A DNA stretch of 64,000 bases. Origin: Iphione sp. A-MEVVRFRX5. Lineage: Eukaryota. The DNA is taken from positions 78,864,001-78,928,000 of the forward strand of contig OZ320319.1 of assembly GCA_976226885.1 (NCBI GenBank), read 5' to 3'. Within the stretch, counting starts at the first letter, position 1. Each line of letters starts with the position of its first letter. A model generated the notes under the pieces. That model saw only the letters and a program-made list of their open reading frames with translations, was not told where the DNA came from and ran no database searches. The position numbers and the translations under genes are program-made. Shown piece after piece: positions 1 to 12,500 of this stretch.

Positions 1-148
1 TGGGGTGGGGTCCTTTTTTGTGTTCTTCTATGGATGTTATTTACATTCACGATACATTAGTATGTGCCTTTTCAGATGTGTTAATTGTCCCATCGCCTAT
101 GTTCCATCTACCAACCACCTCTTAAAATGCATTACAATACCATTTCCA

Positions 149-210
149 GAAAAAAAGAAGAAAAAAACAGAAAAAAAAAGAAAAAAGAAGAAAAAAAGAA
201 AAAAAAAGAA
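149..210 (+). repeat. A-rich low-complexity tract
   Basis: Runs of A interrupted by single G/C; it produces the poly-Lys ORF 5..268. Confidence 0.9.
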
Positions 211-227
211 GAGGACGTTCCGTATAT

Positions 228-431
228 ATATCCAAGGTGAGAGTAACTTTAAATTATTTACCTACTAATGATATCATCTATTCCAGGTATCCAAGGTGAG
301 TGAGAATGATTAATGATATTATCTATTCCAGGTATCCAAGGTGAGTGGCCCGTTTTTTGTTGTTGTTGCTGTTAAACGGAATGTTGTTTTTTTATTAATG
401 ATATTATCTATTCCAGGTATTCAAGGTAAGT
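228..431 (+). repeat. Short dispersed/tandem 35-bp repeat
   Basis: AATGATAT(C/T)ATCTATTCCAGGTAT(C/T)CAAGGT(G/A)AGT at 267, 312 and 397, plus a partial copy at about 228. Confidence 0.85.
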
Positions 432-681
432 GGCCCTGATTTTTGTTGTTACTGGTTTAGTTGTTGTTGCTGTTAAACGGAATGTTTTTTTTTTTTTTTT
501 TTTTTAAGAGGTGTATTCTTAAGAACTTTGTTCGTAGGAACAACATGGGCTCCAATATGAATGATGATGTTTTGTGTATGAGATCAGAACATGCTGCAGA
601 TTTATATTCGTCTTTGTATACAGATTTGTATTTGTATTTGTATTCTGACTTCATGTTTCTTCTTTATTGTCGACCACTTCG

Positions 682-959
682 CGTCCTGTGCCACGGATGT
701 CGGCGGAACGCGGACCTTAAAAGTGCCTGGCTACTGTTGCCCTGCGAGTTGGTCAAGCTACGAAAGAACGTCCTGTGCCACGGATGTCGGCGGAACGCGG
801 ACCTTAAAAGTGCTTGGCTACTGTTGCCCTGCGAGTTGGTCAAGCTACGAAAAAACGGCCCTCCTCAGGGCCTCTCTCACGAAAGTTTGAGATCAGAACT
901 CGCTGCAAAACGGCCCTCCTCAGGGCCACCACTCTCTCACGAAAGTTTGAGATCAGAAC
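682..959 (+). repeat. Two adjacent tandem duplications (87 bp x2; about 55 bp x2)
   Basis: CGTCCTGTGCCACGG... starts at 682 and 769; AAAACGGCCCTCCTCAGGGCC...GATCAGAAC starts at about 852 and 907. Confidence 0.9.
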
Positions 960-1061
960 ACGCTACAGATTAATGTTGGTAACTTTGCGTCGTACACGCA
1001 CCTATTATCGTCCATCGAGTATCACCGGTATGTAACTGTTCCCCGATTAAATACAAAACCG

Positions 1062-1296
1062 GCCATTTTGATCGTTGGTCGTCGGTTGTTGTTGGTTATG
1101 GCCGGACTTGGCATTGTATCGAATTAGTCCGGCCATAACCAATAACAACCGACAACCAACGATCAAAATGGCAGCCTTCATCTCTCAGTATGGCCGATGT
1201 TCAAAATGGCTGTGTTCCCGCATGGCTGTGAACCCGACCGGGCATATCGAGAGATCACCTCGGCCATATCGAGACGGCCACTTTGAACATCGGCCA
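1062..1296. repeat. Two inverted-repeat (fold-back) pairs
   Basis: 1062-1108 pairs with 1126-1172 (47 bp, 2 mismatches); 1191-1210 pairs with 1277-1296 (20 bp, 1 mismatch). Confidence 0.85.
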
Positions 1297-1397
1297 AATT
1301 GTCCGTCTACCCTTCCATGAGCATAAAATTCAAGGATTCCATGGCCTTTGGTGGGAATTTGCTCTCCAGTGATCCCTGTCAAGTGCTCTTCTGATGT

Positions 1398-3140
1398 TCA
1401 AGTGCTCTTCTGACGTTCAGGGCAAAATTTGTCTTGCACAACTTCTGCTACTGTATCAATGAGATAGTCCATGGATTCTCCTTCAATCTTAGCTGGTAAG
1501 TACAGACCTCTACCAGCTACTGTGCCTATTCGCTGCTCCTGGATGGTGGCACTTCTGCGTTTCCCTTCTTTTTGGTAATTTCCAAATCTGAGATGGATTG
1601 AAGCTTTGGACAGTTTTGTTTGAAGTGATCTCCTGTGGAGCAATTCTAACAAACAAATTTACCTTGAGCATTCTGTCTGGTACTCTTGACTTTAATGCAC
1701 TCCCATTGCAGATTCACCTTGGATTGAGCCAGCACTGCAGTTTTTACCACTTTTGGTTTCACAGCTGCCACTGGCCTGGACTTAATTTCCTTTTCTGAGC
1801 TTCTGGATTTGCTCCTTCAAGGAATCCTCTGTCATGCTGGTGTAGACTTTCTTCTTTTTAGCATACATTTTCCACTATGTAAATCGCCTCTCCTAGTGTT
1901 TTCACATCAGCTCGCATACACTAAAGCCCAAGTTTATCCCCAAGAGCTCTCTGAAAGAATGCTAATGAGAAAGAATCTTTAGTCTCTTAATTCACTTCAG
2001 GATAAGCTCATGTCATGAGGCAATGGACCGTGTCAGCCAATTCTTTAGGTGCTTGGTCCTTTCCCCTTCTTAGCATGGTTAGTTCCTCAACTGCACAGAC
2101 CTCTTAGCCTCGGCCAAAATGGTCTTGCAGTGCGGCCACCAGTTTCTGGTATATAGACGTTTCCGCCAACGTCAAGTCTCTGAAGAAAGAGTGGGCCACA
2201 CCTGTTAAGGACAACGCCAGCATACTCATCTTCATCTGCAAATCTCATTCACTCACTCGCACCCACTCCTCGAATTGTGAGTGCCATCCCCCCAATCTGC
2301 TTTGCCATCATATGGTTCTGGCTTGAGCAGTGTAATACTTGAGGGTCATTTCGCTGCACTGGTCATTGCAGGCTTCTGTGATAACGAGTCATTCATTTCT
2401 TTCTTGGTCTTCAATTTCTGTTTCTGTTCTAATTTTTCTATACCTTTCATTAGGGATTCTTCGCCAGACTCCTCATCGGTCTTACCAGAGTCATGTGACT
2501 CTTCTTCCTGTTTGACTTGGTGGGTCCTCAGCCGATAATGTTTGCTCCTGTCCTGAATTTTGACAAGAGCCAGATCAGTAGGAGGGGTTCCTTGCAGTCA
2601 CGGATTGATGGGAGGAGTCTGCCATTGTCATTGACAGGGTTCTCTCCGTCCTTGTGTACAGTATCCTGTGGCTGCCCTGGCCCAGGTACAGGGTCTTCGT
2701 TCTCTTCGATAACCTCTACCTCATCTTCATCCGCGTCTTCCCCGCTCAGCTCTCCTCCGTGGTGGCCCACCACATTCACATATATTGGTATAGGCTAGGG
2801 CTGTATTGGTTGCTCGTTGTCTTGCAGATTCAGTGGAGGTTGAGGCTGTGGCTCAATATCTTGCTGGTTCGGCTGAGGTTGATGGTTGGGAGGTCCTTGG
2901 GGTGGTACCTCGGTTGCTTGTTCCTGGTCCTGATCTGGTGGTTGATCCTAATTCCTGTTCTGGTTTGGGGAAACTCCCTCATTCTGGATCAGACTGATCC
3001 CGTTTGGACTGTTGGCTGCCAGCACTCATCTAGGCGTTATTTCTTTTTCGCAATTAGGGATTCAAAATTTGTTATAAGGTCTTCTTGTCAAATCCCATTG
3101 CTACCATCAAATGTAACATGTCTATGTCTCGATGAGCTCT
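1398..3140 (-). pseudogene. Decayed Ty3/Gypsy gag-protease remnant
   Basis: Minus-strand frames give LLKPEPYDGKADW (cf. VKPEPFDGSQDW in the gag at 27465), LVAALQDHFG, a broken zinc knuckle C*NCSTGDHFKQNC and protease-like LYLPAKIEGESMDYLIDTV. Many stops and frameshifts. Confidence 0.75.
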
Positions 3141-3149
3141 AGCTGCCAA

Positions 3150-3590
3150 GGGTTGAATAAAGCTAACAAAGATAAAAGAATCTGGTTCAGTCCAAATACA
3201 TGAATATAGTTGTGCATGTGGTGATCTTTCTCATGTGTGCTAAGAGAAAGGGTTTATTCATCAGAAAAACATGGGGTTTATATATGACAGGGTTACATAA
3301 GAGTGTTCAGAAATAGTACTGTCTAGACATATGTCTGGTCTAGAGGAATCTGCACATTATCGATCCTACTACATCACAATTAATTCTATATGTGCAGTAC
3401 CTTAAATACGCAGTACGATCTGTGAGCGAAACAGATCGCTTGACATGGATTGCTCAACATGGATCACCTGACACAGATTCTTCTGAACTTGATCACACAG
3501 CTTGCATGCATGCACACACCTCAATATATTTCTTTAAATAAACTAGGACTTGCTTGCATCATTACACATATAAAATGCATCATTACACAT
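3150..3590 (-). repeat. Possible 5' LTR of the decayed Gypsy remnant
   Basis: Lies upstream of the gag remnant; minus strand has TGTAATGA near 3570-3590, TATATAAA at about 3280 and AATAAA at about 3255. No partner LTR in the window; boundaries approximate. Confidence 0.4.
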
Positions 3591-3632
3591 ATATAATGTT
3601 AAAAATAATGCTCTCAAATTTATGCAACCAGA

Positions 3633-3880
3633 AATGACCATATTTAGTAATCATACAAGAAGAGGTGACCACACATTGCCACATATTAATCAGACATGAC
3701 CATATTGTGTAACCATACAAGAACAGGTGGCCATGTGGGGTTACGTACCTGTCAGACATGACCATTTTTAGTAATCGCGCAAAAGCACAAGGCCACATGG
3801 TACCACATATCAATCAGACATGACCATATTTAGTAACTGTACAAGACTAGATGGCCACAATGATGCCATGTAACATCTTA
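3633..3880 (+). repeat. Minisatellite, unit about 62 bp, 4 degenerate copies
   Basis: ATGACCAT(A/T)TT..GTAA..ATACAAGA...GGCCAC...TCAGAC recurs at about 3633, 3696, 3758 and 3820. Confidence 0.8.
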
Positions 3881-4559
3881 CGTAATCATGCTATTATTAT
3901 TTGTGATAGTTATGTTTTGATCAGTATTGCATTGTCTTACACTTACTGTAAACATCCTCATTGTACTTAACTAGTATACTTGAAGATTCTCTTTTCATAC
4001 TTTCTGATATTCCTGGAATTATTTTACCAATTTACTATGGTACCATATTCTTCTTTTGTTGTAGCCAAACTACTGCATTGTCTTGATCAAAACAAAGTAT
4101 ATTCAATAATATACAATTGATACATAAAAGTTCAGAATGAAATGATACCGACATATATTGGAATATGCATGTACAACACCTATCATGCACAAGTGAAAAC
4201 ACTACGTTGTTAAGACAAATGTATACTGATTTGCCATATGTCATAAATGATAAGTCTGGGATATTTAAATATAGTGTTCAATCATGATATGTATTCATAT
4301 ACATTTGGATGTTAAATGTATATATTGCGTATTAATATAATTATAAACCTCAAAATCACTCTATAAGCAGGAAATGTTGGCTCCACAACCCACATCAGTA
4401 TCAACCTATAGCAGTTGCGTGTTCAACCTGTGAGAGACAGATATCATGGTAAGATTTATAATGAAAGTTTGATTACAAAAATGATTATTTAAACAAGTAA
4501 ATATTATTTCTACTAAATAAATCTAATCTTAGTTTTTTGAGTTATAAAAAGTTTTGGGG

Positions 4560-7010
4560 AGAGTCAATAGTTCACCATTGCAAGAATGTTGAAGACTAAT
4601 TTCATTTATGAAATTTCACCTGGGCTGAATATCTCAGGTCTATCATTAATTGTTGAATATATTACCAGAAAAATATATAGGAGAGTTATAATAATTGGGG
4701 ACTTTAATGCTAACATGTAAAATGCCAAAGTAATGACAAGCAAGAAGGTAAAGGACTTCATGCTGAAATATGATTGTACACAAAATATAGATCTTCCGAT
4801 GAGGATAACTAGTAGATCGGAGATCCAATTGATCTGGTAATAACTAACTTGGATAGGAGCTAACTGAAAACCTTATTAAGGGACCATTTTATGATAACCA
4901 GTGATGTATTTTGTAGTTACAGGACAACTGGCTTAAAATATATGGAAGTGCAAAGAACTAGAAAATTTGACATTTCATTATTTATTAACAGATTCTGGGA
5001 GAAATTGTTAAAGTAATCAGGGAGATATGTCTCTGAATAAAAATGGGCGTAGATACATGCTATATTGATGCAGTATTTTGATTATATGAACCCAAAACTA
5101 TTAACAAAAAATAAAAACCTGACAATTTTGGATGACTCCAGAATTACATGCTTTGCTTAGAAGGAAGAAAGAAGCCCATAGAATAGCTCTTAAAACTAAG
5201 CAAGTAGAAGCCTGGTTACTGTTTACATTGTTAAGAAAAGGAAGTATGTATGAGGTAAGAAAAGCACAAAGTACCTTCATTGTTCAAGAGGCAGACATGC
5301 CAAGAGATGATAGTAGAAAATACTTTTCGTTTATCAAAAAGAATGTAGGATATAACTCCACGTTGGCTACGCATATAAAGGTTGTGCATAAAGATATTCC
5401 TGTAGATAGGACTGCGTTACCAAATTATATGAACAACTTTTTCTGAATATAGGAACAAGAATATTGCAAAAAATGGGAGCGTCCCCTAATTACCGTAACA
5501 TTGACTATGGCTATTGTCAATATGCGCTAGGTGACATTTGCACCAAGGATGGTGAGGTTTTGAAAAGTGATAGAGTGTTTTGTGGACCATAAGTCAGCAT
5601 GTGTGAGACATATTCCTCAAGTGGTGTTAACAATCCTTTCGTGGAAACCTCATGGATTCTAACAATGAAATCTAATGAGAGTTTTAAAGCAGGTGAAATA
5701 CTGGAAGCGTGGAAGGCAAGTATTGTGATCCCTATCCCTAAGAAGAAAAATGCTGCAAAGGTAGAGGAGTATCATCCAATAAGTTTATTGTGTATCATTC
5801 CAAAAATTTAAGAAGAAATTGTACATAAGCGACTTTACAATCATTGGCAGAAAAATAGGTAGATTTGTAATAATCTATATGGATTCAGACCTGAATACTC
5901 AACAGATATGGCAACTTGGGGACCTAACAAATTATATCCATCGAGGCATAAACAGTGGGAAGTATGTAATAGGTCCAGTATGCCTTCAGAAGGACTTTGA
6001 TTCGGTGAGCCATCAGGGCTTAATCCATATCTTGTCAAAATTGAATATGTCTAAGATACGTGTTATGGATGAAAAATTGTTTGGACAGTAGGCACAGATG
6101 GTAAAATGTAACACAGTTACTTCAGAGTGCAAGCTGCTAAATTGTGGGTACCGCAGGGTTCAGTGCTTGGTTCCCTGTTCTTCTTGATTTTAATGAATTC
6201 ACTGTCACAAGTAGTAACATTCTCAACGGTGTACATGTATGCCAACGACTTGGCCATGATTACATTAGGGGATAGCTTAAAAGATACCATGGACGGGATT
6301 AAAACTGATTTTGCAACTATACCTGACTGGACCAGGAAAATGGAAATATTGTTAATTACAAGTAAAACTGTAGCTATTCGCTTCTCCTCTTAAGTAATAA
6401 TCTGTCCACATTGGATGTAGAAGGTTGCACTATCAAGCTGCTAAACTACTGTTGTATATCTTGTGGTCATTTTAGACCAAAAATTAATTATGGCAGATAA
6501 TCAGAATAACCTCACTAGAACGTTATATGCCAAATTAAATCATCTGTGGATGATAATGAGGTACCAAGACCAGAGTAACACAGTGGAAATTGTGGGAACA
6601 TTAAAGTTACTGGTAGGTGACTATGCTGTTATCACTCATACTATCCAAACACAGAGTCCTTTAAAAGGTTTATCAAAGGTCAGAAGGCAATTATTAACTG
6701 TGGATATGGCCACAAACAAGTAACTGAAATTATAGTAAAGCATGATCTTTTAGCAAAAAGAGAGTATAGACTACAAATTATTGGATACCGGTATGCAGTA
6801 GTAAAAAAATTCGGATGGAATTTGTACATGAAGTGCTGATAGGAAGGAAATAGAAGTACCAAGGCCTAATTATGAATCCTATAGAGTATGAAATGGCCCA
6901 GTTATGGAGTGTATTAGACAAGGACATAAGTAAATTCGATAAGCATTTCAAGTCTCACATAAAACTGCTGAAGAGAAAAGAGGTCTTGTCCTTCAGAGTA
7001 CCTTAATGAC
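4560..7010 (+). pseudogene. Old CR1/L2-group LINE ORF2 remnant (APE-RT)
   Basis: Fragments IGDFNA (about 4695), WKASIVIPIPKK...YHPISLL (5710-5790), QKDFDSVSH, VPQGSVLG, YAND (6140-6250); heavily broken. Boundaries approximate. Confidence 0.75.
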
Positions 7011-7756
7011 CATAACATAATCACTTTGATGATGTACATTTTATGAAAGGCACAGGAAAAATCTTTAGTTTTGCGTACTCCTTTAGACTGAGGACTGAGA
7101 AACTATGTCTGGGATTATGTTGGACAGCTAAATGCACTTAATAGTATTTAAATTTAAGTTAATGATAGTTAAGATGTACACTTTTCGATTACTCATATTT
7201 TTCACCTAATTATTACCAAGGTAAAAATATGATGGAAAATACTGGATGCAAAATGCAAAATGTATGTTCACTTCCAGTGAAAATAAAAGTTATAAAAAAT
7301 ATGGAAGTGGGAAATCTTTCACTTAAAAAAAGGACAGCAATTAATAACGTTTCAAGAAATTGTGAAAAAACACCTAATCTCACCAGGATCAACTCTCTGT
7401 CCCATATCAGGAGAATGATCCTTTCTACAAAGTTTCATGATTTCTTAATTAAATCACTTAATCAAGGGAAGCTTTTTTTACACAGAATATATTCAATTAC
7501 AACTGTACAATCTAGATGCTTTCATGATGCAGTTATTTTCTATACAGCCTAGGCACATTAATTTCCAACCAGTGGTCTGGACCAGGTTAAAATGGTCGTA
7601 ATCGCAAGTTTGGTCAGAAATCAACTTTGTAGGGTGTCTGGACTTAAAACAATATTCCTTTCTCACTCTCTCTCTATTAAAATATGTATTCTACCATTTT
7701 TATACAGAAATCAATTAGGTAAGGGTTCAATACTAAAAGTTCAATAAAGATCAATA

Positions 7757-7968
7757 ACACCTGTACCAACACCTTCGAAATGAATAACCCTACAAACGCT
7801 CTGTTAGAGGGAAGTAGTTGCCTTATACCTGTACCAACACCTTAGACAATGAACAACCCTCTAAATGCGTTGTTAGGGAGTAGTGGTCGCCCGGACACCT
7901 TTACCAATACCTGGGACAATGAATAACCCTCCAAACACTCTGTTAGTGAGTAGTGGTCGCCCTAACAT
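7757..7968 (+). repeat. Minisatellite, unit about 69 bp, 3 copies
   Basis: ACACCT(G/T)TACCAA(C/T)ACCT...AATGAA(T/C)AACCCT..AAA...CTGTTAG...AGTAGT recurs at about 7757, 7826 and 7895. Confidence 0.8.
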
Positions 7969-8292
7969 ATGCATAGGTCGGAAATAAAGACTAAACTGTA
8001 ATCCAGGTATAATTAGTACTTACAAAATATATTTCTGAAGTACTATGTGCAATTTTCTAAATAGACAATAAATTGTACTTCACATAAGTTAAATATGTTT
8101 CACAAGATAATACAACTCTGGGAGTATTTTTCACACCGAGACAAAGTTCGCTCATTCCAAGACTTATAGTATGTATGTCTTTTGAATTTCTAGAATTCTT
8201 TGCTAAAGGACCATGTCAGAAGAAGCAGAGTTTGTAGGAAGCCAAGACTGAGTAAAAGCCTCTAATGATTGATGTTTATCATCCAAATACTT

Positions 8293-9312
8293 CTACAGGT
8301 CTTCATATTCATAATCGCCATGAGACAGTGTGTTCAATATCACAAAAAATGTAATCAGGAGGCAACCAATCACTTCTAAAATATTTTTGCGCCCACTTAG
8401 ACCTTTTCTAGCAAAGATGTATTGCATTATCAGCTGTATTATTGGTCCTAAGTTCACAAATGTTGATGCAACAACTGCATTTAATAACTGAACAGAGAGA
8501 ATAAATGTTATTATATTTATGGCAGAGCCTATACAATGAAGTAGAGTGAGAAAAAGTTGCTCTAAATTCAAGAAAATTACTGGTTTTTCAATATACAGTG
8601 ATAACATTATTGAAAATGGAAGTCCAACAACAGCTGAATAGAATGCAATAAGGATTGATGGTTTATTTTTCAAGGGAAAACTAATCAGAATAATATTGAT
8701 TGCTTCATTTATGCCAGCAGAAATAGTCACAATGCAACCAAATATGAAATAAAGAATTTCATGATTGATTTTGATAAACTTTGGAGTGTCATTAAGTATA
8801 ACTTTATTTGATTCCAAGATGGTGTTATTTGAGAAAACATCATGCTGATCAAAGGGAACATAACCAATATTGAAATCTACCCAAGGTTGTACAAGTAATA
8901 TAGTTCCTGTGATACAGCCACAAGTTGATAGTAATGTGACACCTCGAATTTCCTGTCCATGAAATATTCTGCAGAAAACAGATGTTGCAATCATCAAAGA
9001 CATGGAGAAAATACAAGATGCAGTAGAGATTGGCATTAGTACTAATGCTGCATAAAACAGTACTGAAAACCCAATACTTGTAATGCCAACCCCAAGTACA
9101 GGCAACACATCTTTTTTATCTACTTGTATAGAAGTATTTTTAATCAATAGTACAACATAGCACAGAATGAGTATTGCAAAATATCTAAAAGCACTAAGCT
9201 GGAAATCTGGTATCTTTCCCTTCAATGCTTGTACTGCAACAGATGAGACAGCCAAGCCAAGTGAACATAACAAAGCTAAGGCTGAGCCAATGATGACATT
9301 CTTGGATTTCAT
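8293..9312 (-). CDS. EamA/DMT-superfamily (SLC35G-like) multi-pass membrane transporter, paralog 1, 339 aa
   Basis: Intact ORF with about 10 hydrophobic segments in two halves; motifs QALKGKIPDFQLSAFRY, MPISTAS, LLVQPW, GRKNILEVIG; C-terminal YEDL. A splice acceptor (TTTTCTTTCAG) lies 17 nt before the ATG at 9312, so the 9441 extension is probably intronic. Confidence 0.85.
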   Translation of the reverse strand: MKSKNVIIGSALALLCSLGLAVSSVAVQALKGKIPDFQLSAFRYFAILILCYVVLLIKNTSIQVDKKDVLPVLGVGITSIGFSVLFYAALVLMPISTASCIFSMSLMIATSVFCRIFHGQEIRGVTLLSTCGCITGTILLVQPWVDFNIGYVPFDQHDVFSNNTILESNKVILNDTPKFIKINHEILYFIFGCIVTISAGINEAINIILISFPLKNKPSILIAFYSAVVGLPFSIMLSLYIEKPVIFLNLEQLFLTLLHCIGSAINIITFILSVQLLNAVVASTFVNLGPIIQLIMQYIFARKGLSGRKNILEVIGCLLITFFVILNTLSHGDYEYEDL

Positions 9313-12099
9313 GTCTGACAGGCTGATATCTGAAAGAAAAGCCCAGAAAAGGCTAGTGAAATGACATTGTATAACTTTGTAACATTGTATAATTTCAGAA
9401 AAATATCTATTTTCTGCCCTATTAAAATAATATACCTTCATACATCCAGGGTATTCTCAAAACAACAAAGAAAGTTTATGATTGAATATAACATATTTTA
9501 CCCATGAAACATCAAGAGTGATTTGCCAGATATATATTTATAGCATGGCATTTATTTGTTCTTCTGCCCCTGCATCAATGACATTATGTTTGAAGGTTTA
9601 TTGACATGATTTGTCACAAGTATATTTATACATAGGTATGGAAACAAAATAGTTTTATGTATTACAGAAACTATTCATATGTTTGGAAATGTACTGAGAT
9701 ATTTGCCAAAGTACATATTAACTTTTACACTTACATTGATTATATAGATAGAAAACAGCTTATGGTCTAGAAAACACACAGGAGCACTGAGTTGGTACAC
9801 AGTTGCAGGAAGTATATATCCCTTACTTTCCTAAGTGATGAAAGTATAAGGAAAGAAAAGATATTAATACATGTACTCTGCACATTGGTACTGTATTAAT
9901 GGATATTTAAATCCTACACATGTTCACATTCTCCAAGTGTTGAATGTTAATGCAGTCTAAACATAATCATGATCTTAAACATTTATATGCATGCTAGGTT
10001 TTCTACCAATCAGACCCACATTGAATATTCTTAGGAAGTTACAGCCATAAGTCTTATTCATTAAAAAGGTTAAGGTTTATGCAGCAGAGATATGTAGATC
10101 TATTGAATTTCAATTGAAATATCAGAAACGTGAACCTTTAGTTGTCAAATCTGAATATTAGGTGTCAGTACCTGTGATGTCTTGGTTTGTAGCTGTCCTT
10201 GAACTGAACTTGTTGGTATCATAAGCTTTTCTCTTACCTTAATGGACCCAGCCTATTTTAGGAAAGATAAAAGACAGACCCTACACATGGCCGTATGATA
10301 TATTAGATGAATTACAGTAGTTTAGGAAAGATGACAGGTGATAAAATATAGATATACACACAGTAGCTGAAAAATAGTGACAGCTAAGTAATCCTGAATT
10401 ATTTAAGTAACTAATTAAGGCCATGTACAATAGGTAAGTAAGATGACTAGTATGTTCCTTACCTTGAAATAACAGGACTTAAATCATCAGTGAAGTTGGT
10501 GCTGTATGTTGTACATAACTGTCCACGTAAAGTTTCATTAAGTAGGTCGTTTGATCCATTATCATGCACAGTTCAGTGACATGAATGAAAATGGGTGATA
10601 AATGAAGCAAAACCGGTGAAGATCCACTATGTAAAAATTTTTTTTCACAAAAGCAACTAGTGCATATCAGTGTGGCTGTTCTTTGCAGATGTGTGACGCT
10701 TTTAGTATGTGTAACATCATTCTGGTACAGAGTATATCAATGATATGTCTATGAATTAAGACTTTCCACATAAAATATCTGGTTCACTCCAAAAACAAAA
10801 CATAAAGGCGTATTTACAATCCAGTGTTGTTTTTTTGTTAAAATGTATGGATTATATTCTTGAACATTATACATATTAAATAGTCAGTCCAAGTTGATCA
10901 GAGTTGTGATAATATGAAAGATAAGATGTAGATGAAATACTATGATTATTTTGTGATATTGCACATTATGATATTATTTTTAACCTGACATCCAGTCAAA
11001 CACAGTAGAATTTAGAATTTCTAGCAGAATATAGAATTTCTATTTAGTTTCGCATTTCCTCAGTATGATCAGTCGACTGTTAAAGGCTTTAACCTGGCCA
11101 CCTTGGGGACGCTTCAGTAACTCAATGTCTGTTATAATTACTTAAGGCCTATTCTTGTCCCATCTCCTTGGTATGGTCATGGATAATATCCAGTCCACCA
11201 TAGTCATAGCAGCCCATAGACTTCCTAATTCTGTATAGTCATGGACAATGTCCAGTCTTTCTAAACGTTTTTATTGTAACCGTATATTATCCAGTGTTAT
11301 AAAAAGGTTGATGCAGAAATCTCTTTCCAGAAGCTGGATGACAGAGTGCCAGATCACATACCAGACTAACAGACCAAGGAATTTTGAATCAATCTTGCTA
11401 GATCTCTTTATACCAGATGGGACACAATACTCCATTTATTACATCTTTTCTCTTAGAGAATCAGCTGTGTTGAATAGAATTGTGAACTATGAATATCAAT
11501 ATCGTAATTGCCATTTTTGCATGAAGTATAACCAGACATGTTTTCTCTAGAAATTGTGAATATATCTTCAGTTGTTTTTCTGCAGTGAAAAAAATGTGCA
11601 GGTCAGTGGTCTAAGTGTAGTCAGCGACCCTACTTGGAATGATCAGCAACCTTAATACCTTAATGTAATAAGAATTAAGTTTCATATTTGCACAGTGTGC
11701 ACAAGACTCTCTTCCATTGATATACAAAGTGGCATTTACATTAAAGGTCCTGAGCTTACATAGCTCGGCACAACACTGAAGTCTTTTAGAAATAAATTGT
11801 ATATTTATGAAATAGTACTGTGAAAAAGACATCATATATTATAAGTGATACTTATCACTGCCCTGCACACCTTGCTGTTTTTTTCTCTATTCCATACTGA
11901 CAATTGACGTTGCTTTTGCCTAGGTACATATATGTCTTCATCTATAACTAGTTTGGAATTATACATCCAGGCTTTTTAGAACATAGCTTACATTTCTGGA
12001 CATGGATATGGATGCAGGGATTCACCTCACTTGTTCCTTTCCCAGTTCCAGTTGTATTGGCATGTTTGACTTATTTATCTACTGTTACATGTTTCTTAG

Positions 12100-12500
12100 A
12101 CCTGGATGAATGATGGTTTATGAAATAAAGAATGTCCACACAAAATCTGTGTTCAACGTTCTGTAGTGCAATGGGAGACTAATCCACTATTCAGGAAGAT
12201 AAGTCCCTTATATAAAAAGCTTGGCCCTAAGGGTGGCCATCTGATGCAATCAATCCATCAATTTGAGCAACAATTAACACCTTCGAACAGCCAATTTACG
12301 GCTCCAGTCAGGTTCGAATAGAGACTTCTACAGATTGCCATGAGCCAACCCAAGGTTTCAGTTTCACAACTTAGCCTAGCAAAATACTGCTCATAAGTAT
12401 TGAAAGACAATTGTTCCATGTTGAGACCAAGCTGCTACACTACTTAGATAACCACAAGACATGTGGTTTCCAGATAGACATTACTTAAATATACATAGCA
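12100..12500 (-). pseudogene. Probable LINE ORF2 C-terminal remnant
   Basis: Broken minus-strand frames with LGWL and PSFLYK-type motifs typical of the CR1/L2 ORF2 tail; weak. Confidence 0.35.

Noticed and set aside
5-973. ORFs 5..268, 457..654 and 461..973
   Set aside because: Products of poly-A/poly-T tracts and the 87-bp duplication; no protein-like features.
3135-3150. TGGCAGCTAGAGC on the minus strand as a PBS
   Set aside because: I cannot match it confidently to a tRNA 3' end.
3633-7968. Regular repeats at 3633-3880 and 7757-7968 as CRISPR-like arrays
   Set aside because: Whole units are degenerate copies with no unique spacers, in a eukaryotic context with no cas genes: minisatellites.
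9313-9441. N-terminal extensions of the EamA ORFs (also 45705-45800)
   Set aside because: Both contain a conserved splice acceptor and are not homologous in frame; probably intron.
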